From an uncultured Alphaproteobacteria bacterium (GTDB lineage: Bacteria; Pseudomonadota; Alphaproteobacteria; ATCC43930; CGMCC-115725), in contig CAVWDC010000030.1 in NCBI GenBank assembly GCA_963753665.1, positions 58,034 to 122,033 on the forward strand: 64,000 nucleotides of DNA, given 5' to 3'. Under the pieces are notes generated by a model. That model saw only the letters and a program-made list of their open reading frames with translations. It was not told where the DNA came from and ran no database searches. This document shows positions 1 through 8,764 of this stretch, piece by piece. Each line of letters starts with the position of its first letter. The first letter of the stretch is position 1. The translations under genes were made by a program, and so were the position numbers.

Positions 1-396
1 TCTATATCCTGGAACGCCAGGGCAGCAGCCTGCGCGCCGTCGATCCCGCCACCGGCATCATCGAGACGATCGCCGGCACGACCGGGCGCGGCTATAGCGG
101 CGACGGCGGCCCGGCCGTGGCGGCCGTGTTCGACGCCCCGAAGGAGATGGCGCTCGACCGCGACGGCAGCCTGTTGATCGTCGATACCGAGAACCACGCG
201 ATCCGCCGTATCGACCGCGCGAGCGGCATCGTCACGACGATCGCCGGCGGCCGCAGGGGTGGGCACGGCGACGGCGGTCCCGCGACCGAGGCCGGGCTCG
301 ACCGGCCGCACGGCGCTGTCGTCGGCCCGGATGGCGCGATCTATATCGGCGACACGAACAACCACCGCATTCGCAAGCTCGTACGCGCGGCCTTGA
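1..396 (+). CDS. NHL repeat-containing protein, C-terminal part (5' end outside window)
   Basis: Frame 3 is open from the window edge. The translation has NHL-type units (DGSLLIVDTENHAIRRID; PHGAVVGPDGAIYIGDTNNHRIRKL) with GGDGGPA spacers. Listed ORF 117..821 has no stop near the domain end. A TGA lies one frame over at 394-396, so the 3' end is assumed there (probable indel). Confidence 0.6.
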
Positions 397-411
397 TCGT
401 GCCGATATCGG

Positions 412-789
412 ATGATCCGGCTGCCGCTCGCGGCAGTCTGCGCCGGCATCGCCCTCTTCCCGAGCCCGGCCGCCCTCGCCGATCCGCTTGCGGCGGTCAC
501 GGTGTCGGGCAAGGCCGTCCTGACGATTTGCCGGAACTGGATTTTTTTCCGCTCGTGCAAGCATTACGACAAGATCGACCTGCCGCGCGGATCGCGGTCG
601 GCGACAGGCTCGATCTCATCTTCGGCAGCAGCAGTCCGAAAAATTACCTGTTCCATGTCGTCGAGATCCGGCCGAAAGGCGAGGGCTGCCTGCTTGTTGA
701 GCAACATCAGCAAAGGCCACGAGGATCGCGAGCGGATCGAGATAGCGCGCTGCGAGCCGGTCGCGAAACCGGCCGCCGAACCGCGATAG
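412..789 (+). CDS. hypothetical secreted protein (frame-shifted in this sequence)
   Basis: ATG at 412. The N-terminus MIRLPLAAVCAGIALFPSPAALA looks like a Sec signal peptide. High third-position GC moves from the 412 frame to the 117..821 frame near 590 (ARIAVGDRLDLIFGSSSPKNYLFHVVEIRPKGEG) and back near 695, ending at TAG 787-789. No family recognised. Confidence 0.35.
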   Translation: MIRLPLAAVCAGIALFPSPAALADPLAAVTVSGKAVLTICRNWIFFRSCKHYDKIDLPRGSRSATGSISSSAAAVRKITCSMSSRSGRKARAACLLSNISKGHEDRERIEIARCEPVAKPAAEPR

Positions 790-907
790 ATCCTGCCGTT
801 CTGACCGCGCCGGCATGCTAAGATGGCGGGCGCACGCTTGCTGCCGGACGGGATCAAGAGGCGGGAGGCGCGCTGACCCGAAGCCCTCCGACCCAGGGGA
901 GCAGACG

Positions 908-1516
908 ATGAACGACATGTCTCCGATCCGCCAAATCGCCCCGAAGTCCGAGGCGATCAGCCCGGCCAAGTTCGCGCATTTCGTATTGCGCACGGGACAG
1001 TTCGACCGGATGGCCGAATGGTACAAGACAGTGCTGGCGGCCCGCATCGTGTTTCGCGACGAGCGGCTGTGCTTCCTCAGCTACGACGACGAGCACCACC
1101 GGCTGGCGCTGATCCATATTCCGGGCCTGTCGCCGCGCGACCCCGAAAGCGCCGGCACCGACCACGTCGCCTACAGCTATCGCGATCTCGGCGAATTGCT
1201 GGCGACATACCGGCGGCTCAAGGCGCACGGCATCGTGCCGCATTGGCCGATCAATCATGGCGTCACGACGTCGATGTACTATCGCGACCCGGACAACAAC
1301 CGCGTCGAATTGCAGATCGACAATTTCGCCACGGCCGCCGAGCTGGAGGGCTATTTCCAGAGCGCCGCCTTCGCCGCCAACCCGGTCGGCGTGACCTACG
1401 ACCCCGAGGAGCTGTGCCGCCGCTACGAGGCCGGCGACCCGATGGCCGATCTGCTGCGCATCCCGCCGCTGCCCGAGGGCAAGACCCCCTGGGACATGCT
1501 CAGCTCCCGGCACTGA
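908..1516 (+). CDS. VOC family protein (glyoxalase / extradiol dioxygenase-like)
   Basis: ATG 908 is preceded by GGGGAG; 202 aa inside listed ORF 815..1516. FAHFVLRT, HHRLALI, DHVAYSY and YYRDPDNNRVELQ fit the paired VOC modules. Confidence 0.75.
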   Translation: MNDMSPIRQIAPKSEAISPAKFAHFVLRTGQFDRMAEWYKTVLAARIVFRDERLCFLSYDDEHHRLALIHIPGLSPRDPESAGTDHVAYSYRDLGELLATYRRLKAHGIVPHWPINHGVTTSMYYRDPDNNRVELQIDNFATAAELEGYFQSAAFAANPVGVTYDPEELCRRYEAGDPMADLLRIPPLPEGKTPWDMLSSRH

Positions 1517-1579
1517 AAACAGGACGCCAACGTTCCGCCGGTCGGGTCAAGGCATCGATTGAGCTAATCAGATCGTACT

Positions 1580-1942
1580 TCACGCGCCGAAGATCGCGCG
1601 GCGGACCTCGACATGCTCGCCGTCGCGCGGCGTTGCCGGGTCCTGTCCGCTCGGGCCGACCGCTTCCGTTACCGTGAGCGGGTCGCTGCGGATTTCCCAG
1701 TATCGGCCCTGGCCCCAGATCGCGACCCCGCCGCCCTTTCCGTCCTCGTAATAGCCGTCGCGCAATTCGACGACCTGCCAGCCGGCATCGCGCAGCGCCG
1801 CCATCGCCTCCGTCTCGCCGACGCAGAAGAAATCGGTTTTCCCGGCACCGTCCTTGACGATCGGCGGGGTGTCGCGGCTCAGCTTGACCGCGACCGCCGG
1901 CAGCTCCGGCCGCCCGCCGGCGCTGCGGACGATGAACATCAT
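1580..1942 (-). CDS. hypothetical protein (120 aa)
   Basis: Lower part of listed ORF 1580..2632. The ATGATG start at 1942 overlaps the upstream hydrolase stop (ATGA overlap). High GC3; MMFIVRSAGGRPELPAVAVKLS...VEVRRAIFGA. No family recognised. Confidence 0.5.
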   Translation of the reverse strand: MMFIVRSAGGRPELPAVAVKLSRDTPPIVKDGAGKTDFFCVGETEAMAALRDAGWQVVELRDGYYEDGKGGGVAIWGQGRYWEIRSDPLTVTEAVGPSGQDPATPRDGEHVEVRRAIFGA

Positions 1943-2753
1943 GCGGATTGCCCCAAAAATCTTGCGACCGCCTCGGCAAACGCCCGCGGCTGTTCGAGTT
2001 CCGGGTGGTGCCCGGCCGCGTCGATCATCTCGAACCGGGCGCCCGGGATCAGCTCGGCATAGCGCCTGCCGTATTCCGGCGTCACGATGCGGTCGCTCGC
2101 GCCCCACAGCACCAGCGTCGGCACCGCGACGCGGCGCAGCCAATGCTTCAGCTGCGGGTTGTACATATGCGGCCGCCACGCATAGAGGCACAGCGAATCC
2201 CAGTTGCGCGCGAGCGCTGACCATCTCCTCGTCCGGCATCGCGTCGTCGATGCAGGCCTGCCAGCCCAGCCCGTAAACGCCGTCGGGGCGCTTGCCGGGA
2301 TCGTGCCAGGCGCGCCGGTTCAGCTCGGCCGGGTTCGTGTTGAAGAAATGGACGATGTCGCGCTCCTCGCGGCCGCCCAGCTTGACGCCGACCGGATCGA
2401 CCAGCACGAGCCGGTCGAGCTTCGGATGACCGCCGGCCGCGATCTCGGCCGCGACCCAGCCGCCGAACGAGAACCCGATCATCGCGACCGCGATCCGGCA
2501 GCGCGTCGAGCACGTCGCGCCAGACATGCACGAGGTCGTACATCGTGTCGAAATCCTCGGGCAGCGGCGAGCCGCCGAACCCCGGCATCGACGGCGCGAT
2601 GACCTCGCCGTGCTCGGCGAGCAGATCGACAAACGGCGCCTGCGGGCTGACCGGATTGATCCCGTGCACCAGCAGGATCGGCCGCCGATCGGCGCCCGCG
2701 GCCGCGCCGCAGCACCTCGAGCTCCAGCGGCCCGCCCGCAGCATGTCGCTCAC
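1939..2753 (-). CDS. alpha/beta-fold hydrolase (meta-cleavage-product hydrolase-like), frame-shifted in this sequence
   Basis: ORF pieces 2148..2753, the middle of 1580..2632, and 1939..2166 join into one protein: PILLVHG..., nucleophile elbow MIGFSFGGWVA, C-terminal PTLVLWGASDRIV...AGHHPELEQP. Frame changes near 2490 and 2205, probably also near 2725 and 2690. Confidence 0.8.
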
Positions 2754-2760
2754 GGCACCC

Positions 2761-2850
2761 CCACCCCTACCCTCCCCCGCTTGCGGGGAGGGGAAGAAGG
2801 TGCCGTCGCCGCCAATTCCCTCCCCCGCAAGCGGGGGAGGGTTAGGGGGG
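2761..2850. repeat. REP-like palindromic repeat pair (family R1: CCCTCCCCCGC-N4-GCGGGGGAGGG)
   Basis: Two hairpin units, ccctcccccgcttgcggggagggg and ccctcccccgcaagcgggggaggg, lie between the monooxygenase and hydrolase genes. The same unit recurs at 4134, 5240-5385, 8277, 8338 and 14321-14483. Confidence 0.85.
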
Positions 2851-2865
2851 GCTCGCCAACGTCGC

Positions 2866-4066
2866 TCATTTCGCCGCCGCCTGCCGCGCCAGAAATTCGG
2901 TCTCGTCCTGATCGACCGGCGGCAGGTCCCGCAATTGCGGCAGCACCTCCTTCGCCGCCAGCGTAAAGCTCTTCTCGGCCTCGGCGTGGGTCACGAGGCC
3001 CTGCCGCGTCATCATGATGATGTGCCGGATGCCGCCGACCCGCTTGCGGAAATCCTTGATCTGGCGCGCCACGGTGTCCGGGTTGCCGGCGAACATCTGG
3101 CCCTGGCCGATCAGCACCTCGGCGTCGAGATTGGTCGGGCGCGGCCGCCGCGACGCGCCGGTCCGCCACGCCGCCGGCGCCATCTCGGGCGCGAAATTGC
3201 CGGGCTGGAACTTCGACATCTGCGGCGCGCTCTTGATGCTGACGGTCAGAAACCACGCGATCTTCTGGCCGATGCGCAGCGCCTCCTCGTCGCTGTCGCC
3301 GACATAGGCGAAGGCCATGTACGAGAAGCGGTCCTCGCCGGGCGCCGGCAACCCGGCCTCGCGCCGCGCCGCCTTGTAGGCGTCGAACGCCTGCCGGGTC
3401 CGGTCATAGCCGCCGAACAGCAGCGTGTTGATGATGCCGCGCCGGCCCAGTTCGGCGCAGGTCGGCAGGTCCGAGGTCGCCGCCCAGAATTCCGGGCGCG
3501 GCTCCTGGTACGGGCGCGGCCAGATATTGACGTGCGGATGGATGAAGAACTTGCCTTCCCAGCTGAACGGGCCGTCCTGCGTCACGAGCGCCTTCTCGAT
3601 CAGGTCGATCGCCTCCCATTCGCGCTCGCGGATGCGCATCGGGTTGGCGTCGCCCGACACCATCTCGGTCGCGCCCGACTTGACGAAGCCGATCTCCAGC
3701 CGCCCCTTCGAGATGATGTCGATCGTCGCGTATTCCTCGGCGATCCGCACCGGGTCGGGGCGCACCGTGATCAGCGTGCCCAATGACAGGATGCGGGACT
3801 TCTTCGTGATGTTGGCGACGACGCCGGTGATGACCGGGCTCGCCGCCCACAGATTGTTGATCCCGGAATGGTGCTCGTTGGTGACGATATGGAGGCCGAG
3901 ATCGTCGCACAGCCGGTACTCGTCGAAGATCTCGTCATAGAGCCGCGCCGCGATCTTCGGGTCGCAATACCGGTTCGGCAGGCTGGCCCGCACCGACTCG
4001 GCCTGCTTCCAGCACCTCGTTCGGCACGAACGGGTAGGGGTTCTCGCAATGGTTCCACAGTTCCAT
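2866..4066 (-). CDS. LLM-class (luciferase-like) flavin-dependent monooxygenase, one frame change
   Basis: Listed ORF 2866..4185 carries the body (HIVTNEHHSGINNLWAASPV..., GRLEIGFVKSG..., MFAGNPDTVARQIKDF). The true N-terminus MELWNHCENPYPFVPNEVL is in the frame of ORF 3935..4147, behind a GGAGG RBS (ATG at 4066). The frames join near 4010. Confidence 0.8.
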
Positions 4067-4133
4067 GCCGCCACCTCCGAAGCTTGACGGAGCAATCTTA
4101 AGGACGCCGCCGTATAGGGTAACACGTCGATAG

Positions 4134-4195
4134 CCCCTCTCCGGCATTGCGGAGAGGGAGGGACCCGCGCCGGCAGGCGTGGCAAGGGTGAGGGC
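4134..4195. repeat. REP-like repeat (family R1, long form)
   Basis: The sequence cccctctccggcattgcggagagggagggacccgcgccggcaggcgtggcaagggtgagggc is nearly the same unit as 14411-14483 and 5240-5300. Confidence 0.8.
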
Positions 4196-4201
4196 TAGCC
4201 G

Positions 4202-4732
4202 TTACCGCTTGCGGAAGCTGTCGAGCGTCACGACCTCGGCGCCGGTCTTCTCCTCGCCTTCTATCGGCAGCGGTCTCGGCGGCCTCGGGCGGCGGCGCGA
4301 TCGGGGCCGGCACGATGCTGGTTACCGGGGCTGGGCACCAGGGCAGGTGTCGGGGCGGGCGCCGCTTCCGGCCGCTCCGACGGCGCGAATTCGAGCGCGA
4401 AATTGACCGACGGATCGGCGAAGCTGCGCACCGCGGCGAACGGGATCACCAGCCGCTCGGGCTGCCTCTGGAAACTCAGCGTGACCGCAGAACTTGTTCT
4501 TGCCCACCTCGAGATCCCAGAACTGGTGCTGCAGCACGATCGTCATCTCGTGCGGGTATCGCTCCCGCAAGCTCTCGGGGATCGTGACCCCGGGCATGTC
4601 GGTCGCGAAGCCGATATAGAAATGATGCGCCCCGCGCAGACCCTCGCGGGCCGCGCGCTCCAGCGCCTCGCGCACGACGCCCCGCAGGGCGCGGTCGATC
4701 ATCTTCTCGTACTGATACAGATCCTGCGGCAT
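4202..4732 (-). CDS. sspB: ClpXP adaptor SspB (alphaproteobacterial type), frame-shifted in this sequence
   Basis: The N-terminal 4322..4732 piece (YEKMIDRALRGVVREALERAAREGLRGAHHFYIGFATDMPGVTIPESLRERYPHEMTIVLQHQFWDLEV) resembles alphaproteobacterial SspB. The protein continues as IPFAAVRSFADPSVNFALEF in ORF 4261..4449. The tail GEEKTGAEVVTLDSFRKR-TAA is in the third frame. Confidence 0.8.
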
Positions 4733-4813
4733 CGCCCCTCGCCGACGACTCCGGCCCTACCGGCCGCATGCAGACAATGACAATGGAAGCGTGCGGCCAG
4801 GGAATCAAGCAGG

Positions 4814-5148
4814 AATCACGGCGCGAATCAAGTGAGGGGCTTCTGTTGCCCGGTGCCCCTCGGACCGCGAGTTACCTACTAGCTTCACCCCGTGAAGGGT
4901 TAGGCAGCAAGAGCCTCTGTTGCGAAGTTATCGTTCGCAGCTAAGTTTTGACCCGATAACGGCGGTATCATGCCGGGCGAAAGCATCTGCCTTTACCACG
5001 CGCGTCGAGCCTGTTTCGCCCCCGTAAAGCCGCCGGCGCCCGATTCGTCAGGCCGCCGGCGGAAACTGGTGGAGGCGCCGGGTACCGCCCCCGGGTCCGC
5101 AACGCTTATTTCGCAGGCCATTTATCGCCATAGCCGGTTGCCCGGCAC
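4814..5148 (-). ncRNA. ssrA: tmRNA (ssrA), circularly permuted two-piece type
   Basis: Minus-strand tag frame GCG AAC GAT AAC TTC GCA ACA GAG GCT CTT GCT GCC TAA (4938..4900) encodes ANDNFATEALAA. The tRNA-like 3' end CCGGGGGCGGTACCCGGCGCCTCCACCA ends at 5067. The 5' acceptor strand GGGGGCGAAACAGGCTCGAC starts at 5023, downstream of the CCA end. Outer boundaries are approximate. Confidence 0.85.
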
Positions 5149-5154
5149 CGCTGA

Positions 5155-5182
5155 GATATAGGGTGTCGCGGCGCAAACGCAA
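5155..5182 (-). promoter_or_regulatory. candidate sigma-70 type promoter of ssrA
   Basis: Minus strand: TTGCGT (5182-5177), 16 nt spacer, TATATC (5160-5155), just upstream of the predicted acceptor-piece start. Confidence 0.35.
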
Positions 5183-5190
5183 CCGGCCGC

Positions 5191-5420
5191 ATCGCCGGCC
5201 AGGGCGATCGCATTTGCCGAACTGCAGGTCAATTTCCCGTCTCCGCCTCAAGGGGGAGAGGGAGGGGCCTGGCGCGCAAGCGCCGGGAGGGTGAGGTGGG
5301 CATCGGCCGCGCTCCGGAATCCGCCAACTGCCCCGACTCTCTCCGCCCCCCAATGGACCATAGCGGGCGGAGGGGGAGAGTTGGAGCCGCTTTCGCCAAA
5401 TGCGATCGCCCTGATCGCCG
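5191..5420. repeat. composite palindromic element (terminal inverted repeats enclosing R1 hairpins)
   Basis: The left arm atcgccggccagggcgatcgcatttgccgaa (5191-5221) is the near-perfect reverse complement of the right arm ttcgccaaatgcgatcgccctgatcgccgg (5392-5420). The interior holds R1-type hairpins (tctccgcctcaagggggaga...; ctctctccgcccccc...gggcggagggggagag). Confidence 0.7.
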
Positions 5421-5473
5421 GAGGCATGCGCTACTATCGAACCGTCGGCAGCAGGCCGGCGATCAGGAGACCA

Positions 5474-6417
5474 ATGCCGCTGACCCCCGAACAGCAGGCC
5501 GAAATCGCCGCCGCCCGCGCCGCAGAGCCACCCGACCCGCCGCGCGACCGTGCCGGCGCTGGAGGAAATCCTCTACGAGGCGCTGCCGGTGCTCGACCAC
5601 GGCTTTGTCCGGGTCATCGACTACATGGGCGACGACGGCGCGATCGTGCAGGCGGCGCGCGTCTCGTACGGGCGCGGCACCAGGCGGGTCAGCGAGGACC
5701 GGGGCCTCATCAACTATCTGATGCGGCACCGCCACACGACGCCGTTCGAGATGTGCGAGATCAAGTACCACGTCAAATTGCCGATCTTTGTCGCGCGGCA
5801 ATGGATCCGCCACCGCACCGCCAACGTCAACGAATACTCGGCGCGCTATTCGATCCTCGACAACGAATTCTACATCCCGGCCCCCGAGCACCTGGCCGCC
5901 CAATCCGCCGCCAACCGCCAGGGCCGCGACCGAGTCATCGAGGGCGACGCCGCCCGCCGCGTCCTCGACCTGCTGCGCGACGATGCCGAGCGCGCCTATG
6001 CCGGCTACGCCGACCTGCTCAACGAGGACGACACCGGCGCCGCCGCGCGACCCCTCCTGGCCCGGTCTGGCGCGCGAGCTGGCCCGCATGAACCTGTCCC
6101 TCAATTTCTACACGCAATGGTACTGGAAGACCGACCTGCACAACCTCTTGCATTTCCTCAGCCTGCGCGCCGACCCGCACGCCCAGTACGAAATCCGCGC
6201 CTATGCCGAGGCGATGCTGGAAACCGTCAAGCGCTGGGTCCCGCTGGCCCACGCCGCCTTCCTCGAATACCGCCTGAACGCCGCGACGATCTCCGCCACC
6301 GCCCTCGCCGTGCTCCGCCGCATGCTGGCAGGCGAGAATGTCGATCAGCCCTCAAGCGGCCTCTCCCCGCGCGAATGGCGCGAGCTGATGGCGGTGCTCG
6401 GACGGGAGAAGGGGTGA
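5474..6417 (+). CDS. thyX: FAD-dependent thymidylate synthase ThyX, two frame changes
   Basis: ATG 5474 follows CAGGAGA ([20 protein letters not shown]). The gene shifts near 5545 into ORF 5550..6554 ([29 protein letters not shown]...[17 protein letters not shown], the ThyX motif region). It shifts again near 6050 into ORF 5788..6417 ([33 protein letters not shown]). Confidence 0.9.
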
Positions 6418-8230
6418 TGGCGCGGAGTGGTCGCAAGCCGGCCTGCGAGGTCGATTTCTCGGATCGCGAGCAGGCGCGGGCGTGGTTCGAACGCCAGCCC
6501 GCGAGGTGTGCATTGCCTTGGCCGTGCGCTCGGCGCTGCGCGTTCTGCCGCTGATCGAAGCTGTCGCGTACACGACGTATTTTGCGCCGCGGATATCGCC
6601 CTCCCGGTGCTGCGCGCCTGCTTTGTTGCATGGGCAATCGCGGAATATCCTTCCCGGCGTGATCGTCTGCGGCGCATCGCCAACGCTGCCGCGGCTGACG
6701 CCGCCGCCATTGCCCGTCCACCGCTCGACACCGCCTGATCGCCGCCGCCGCGCAGCGGCTGCCGCGACGCCGCCGCCGACCGCCGCTGCTGACGCCGCCA
6801 CCGCCGTCGCCGCAAGTTCCGCCGCTGCCATGCTGCTGCCGCCGCCGCCTACGCCGCCGCTGCCGCCGCGAGCCGCTGCCGATGCCGCCGTTCGGGCGGA
6901 TGCCGTCGCGATCGAGCAAGGACGCGCCGTCGCCGAGATCGTCGCCGCCCCGTTGTGGCCCGGCGAGATGCCGGAACCGATCGCCGAAGCCTGGGATCGC
7001 CTGCGCACCTGGATGCTGCAGGATGAGGCCAACCATTGGGACCCGTGGGTGCAGTGGTACGAGCGCGTGCGCGACGGGCGTCCGTCATTCGGCGAAGCGT
7101 TCGACCTCGCCGTCGCCTCGCTGACCGACGAGCAGTGGAACGAAGAGCCGCGCCCCGCCGCCGTCAACCGCCGCATCGCCGCCCTCCTCGCCGAGCACAC
7201 CCCGCCCGCTCCAGTCATTGACATCCCGCCGGATGAGGAACCCGAGCCGATCCCCCCGCAAGGCCCGGGACCGCATTTCACCCTCGGCCCCGATCTCAGG
7301 ATCGCCCTCGCGGCACCCGACGGAATCGACGCGGACGGCAATAATCTTGCCCGTATTCGCCAATTGCTGCCCGTCGTCCGTCAGGCCGCCGCCGACCTCG
7401 CCGGGCATCTCAACCCGAACACGCAGCCCGAGATCGGCCGCAATCTCAATGCCTACCGCACTGCTATCGCCGGCGAGCCGGAAACGATCGCCTGGGGCAT
7501 CGTCTTCGGCCTCGGCTCCGGCTCGACAACGCCGCCGCCGCCGCCCGCCGCGAGATCGAGGATCGCCTGCAACCGCCGCTCGAAGACGCCGCGCAGGAGG
7601 CGCTCGACACGGTCCTCGCGCTACACGGCCCGCTGATGCTCGCCACAAAGGAAGGCCGCGAACTGGCGGATGAGGCAGACCGCTATCATCAGACCCGTGA
7701 AGAACAAGCCGCAATTGCACGACGACGCGCGCAACGTCGCAACGGCGCTCGCAAACTCCCCCGAGATCATCGAGCCCGATGCCGCCAAGGTCACCAACGA
7801 TGCCGCGGAGGCAATCGGCGAAGGCCGTCATCCCGAACGCGGCACCGTCTACGGCCTCGCAACGCTGAAGCATGCCGCGACGATCTTCATCCCCGCCGCG
7901 ACACTGGCGACCTTAGCTCCAGTGGGTCTTGCCGCAGGCGGGTTGATCACCGGAGCGGCTGGCGCCGGTGTCGCCTGGGCCGGTTACGAAACCTTCAAGA
8001 AAAGCAACATGTACTCGGCCGCGATAGCAGGACTGGGACCCGTCTGGGATGATCTTTTCGGCCGGGGAGAAGCGCAGACCGTCCGACTGCTTATCCGCCT
8101 GGCGCCATTCCGAAGCTTTGTTGGCGCCAACGAAGCAGAGCTGCGGCGTATCGCCGAAAAGACCACCCAGCTCCGCTGGGCGCTCCGCTACATCGACTTC
8201 ATCCTGCGGACAAACCTTGACGGCAAGTAA
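6417..8230 (+). CDS. large hypothetical protein (Ala-repeat region, Trp-rich motif, C-terminal TM helices), about six frame changes
   Basis: ATG 6417 overlaps the thyX stop (TGATG). Coding signal can be followed through ORFs 5550..6554 (tail), 6427..6738, 6482..7636, 7636..8052 (head) and 7670..8230. No family or catalytic motif recognised. Confidence 0.55.
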
Positions 8231-8271
8231 AGGCGGCTTGCCGGGTTGATGCATTCGGCGACCGAGCTCCC

Positions 8272-8370
8272 TCCCTAACCCTCCCCCGCAAGCAGGGGAG
8301 GGAAATTGTGGGCTCCGTATCAGCAGGCGACGGCAACAACCCTCCCCCGCAAGCGGGGGAGGGCAGGGTG
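8272..8370. repeat. REP-like repeat pair (family R1)
   Basis: aaccctcccccgcaagcaggggaggg (8277-8302) and aaccctcccccgcaagcgggggaggg (8338-8363) lie 61 bp apart. Confidence 0.85.
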
Positions 8371-8764
8371 GGGGTGCGGCCCCCGGATATGTCGGGCTCA
8401 GGGCCGGTCGCCGGCGCAGCGAGGCGAAGATCGCCGCTAGAATAGCCATATTCGCAATCCATCATGCTCCGGTTCAAAGCGCCGCGCGGGCAGGAGGTCG
8501 TGGCTGTTGTTTGCTGCAAACGGGCCGGTTGCTGGACCGGGCCGTCCTCCACAAAACCAGCACTTACAAAGGCTTGCAGGAGGCCTCACAACCTAAACGC
8601 GAGTGTTTGCTGCAGATTCCTTGCAGATGCAGCAAACGCCTCCCGACCGCACAACCGATGATTGCACCGCAGCGATATCCCGGCCCGCGCCACGCGCCCT
8701 TGCCGCGCCGCCGCCACCGGCCGATGATGCCGCGGACTGTGGCGATCGGCGGCGGAGCGGGGCG

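Noticed and set aside
5291-6091. 266-aa ORF starting inside the repeat element and running into thyX.
   Set aside because: Its first 60 codons translate the REP/MITE-like element. Only the segment from ATG 5474 to about 5545 is genuine thyX N-terminus, and the rest is out of frame with the ThyX motifs.
8277-8363. Two identical-looking 26-nt repeats 61 bp apart, resembling a minimal CRISPR array.
   Set aside because: There are only two copies. The units are palindromic, and the same unit occurs singly or in inverted pairs at 2761, 4134, 5240 and 14321. No cas genes are present, so this is REP-type rather than CRISPR.
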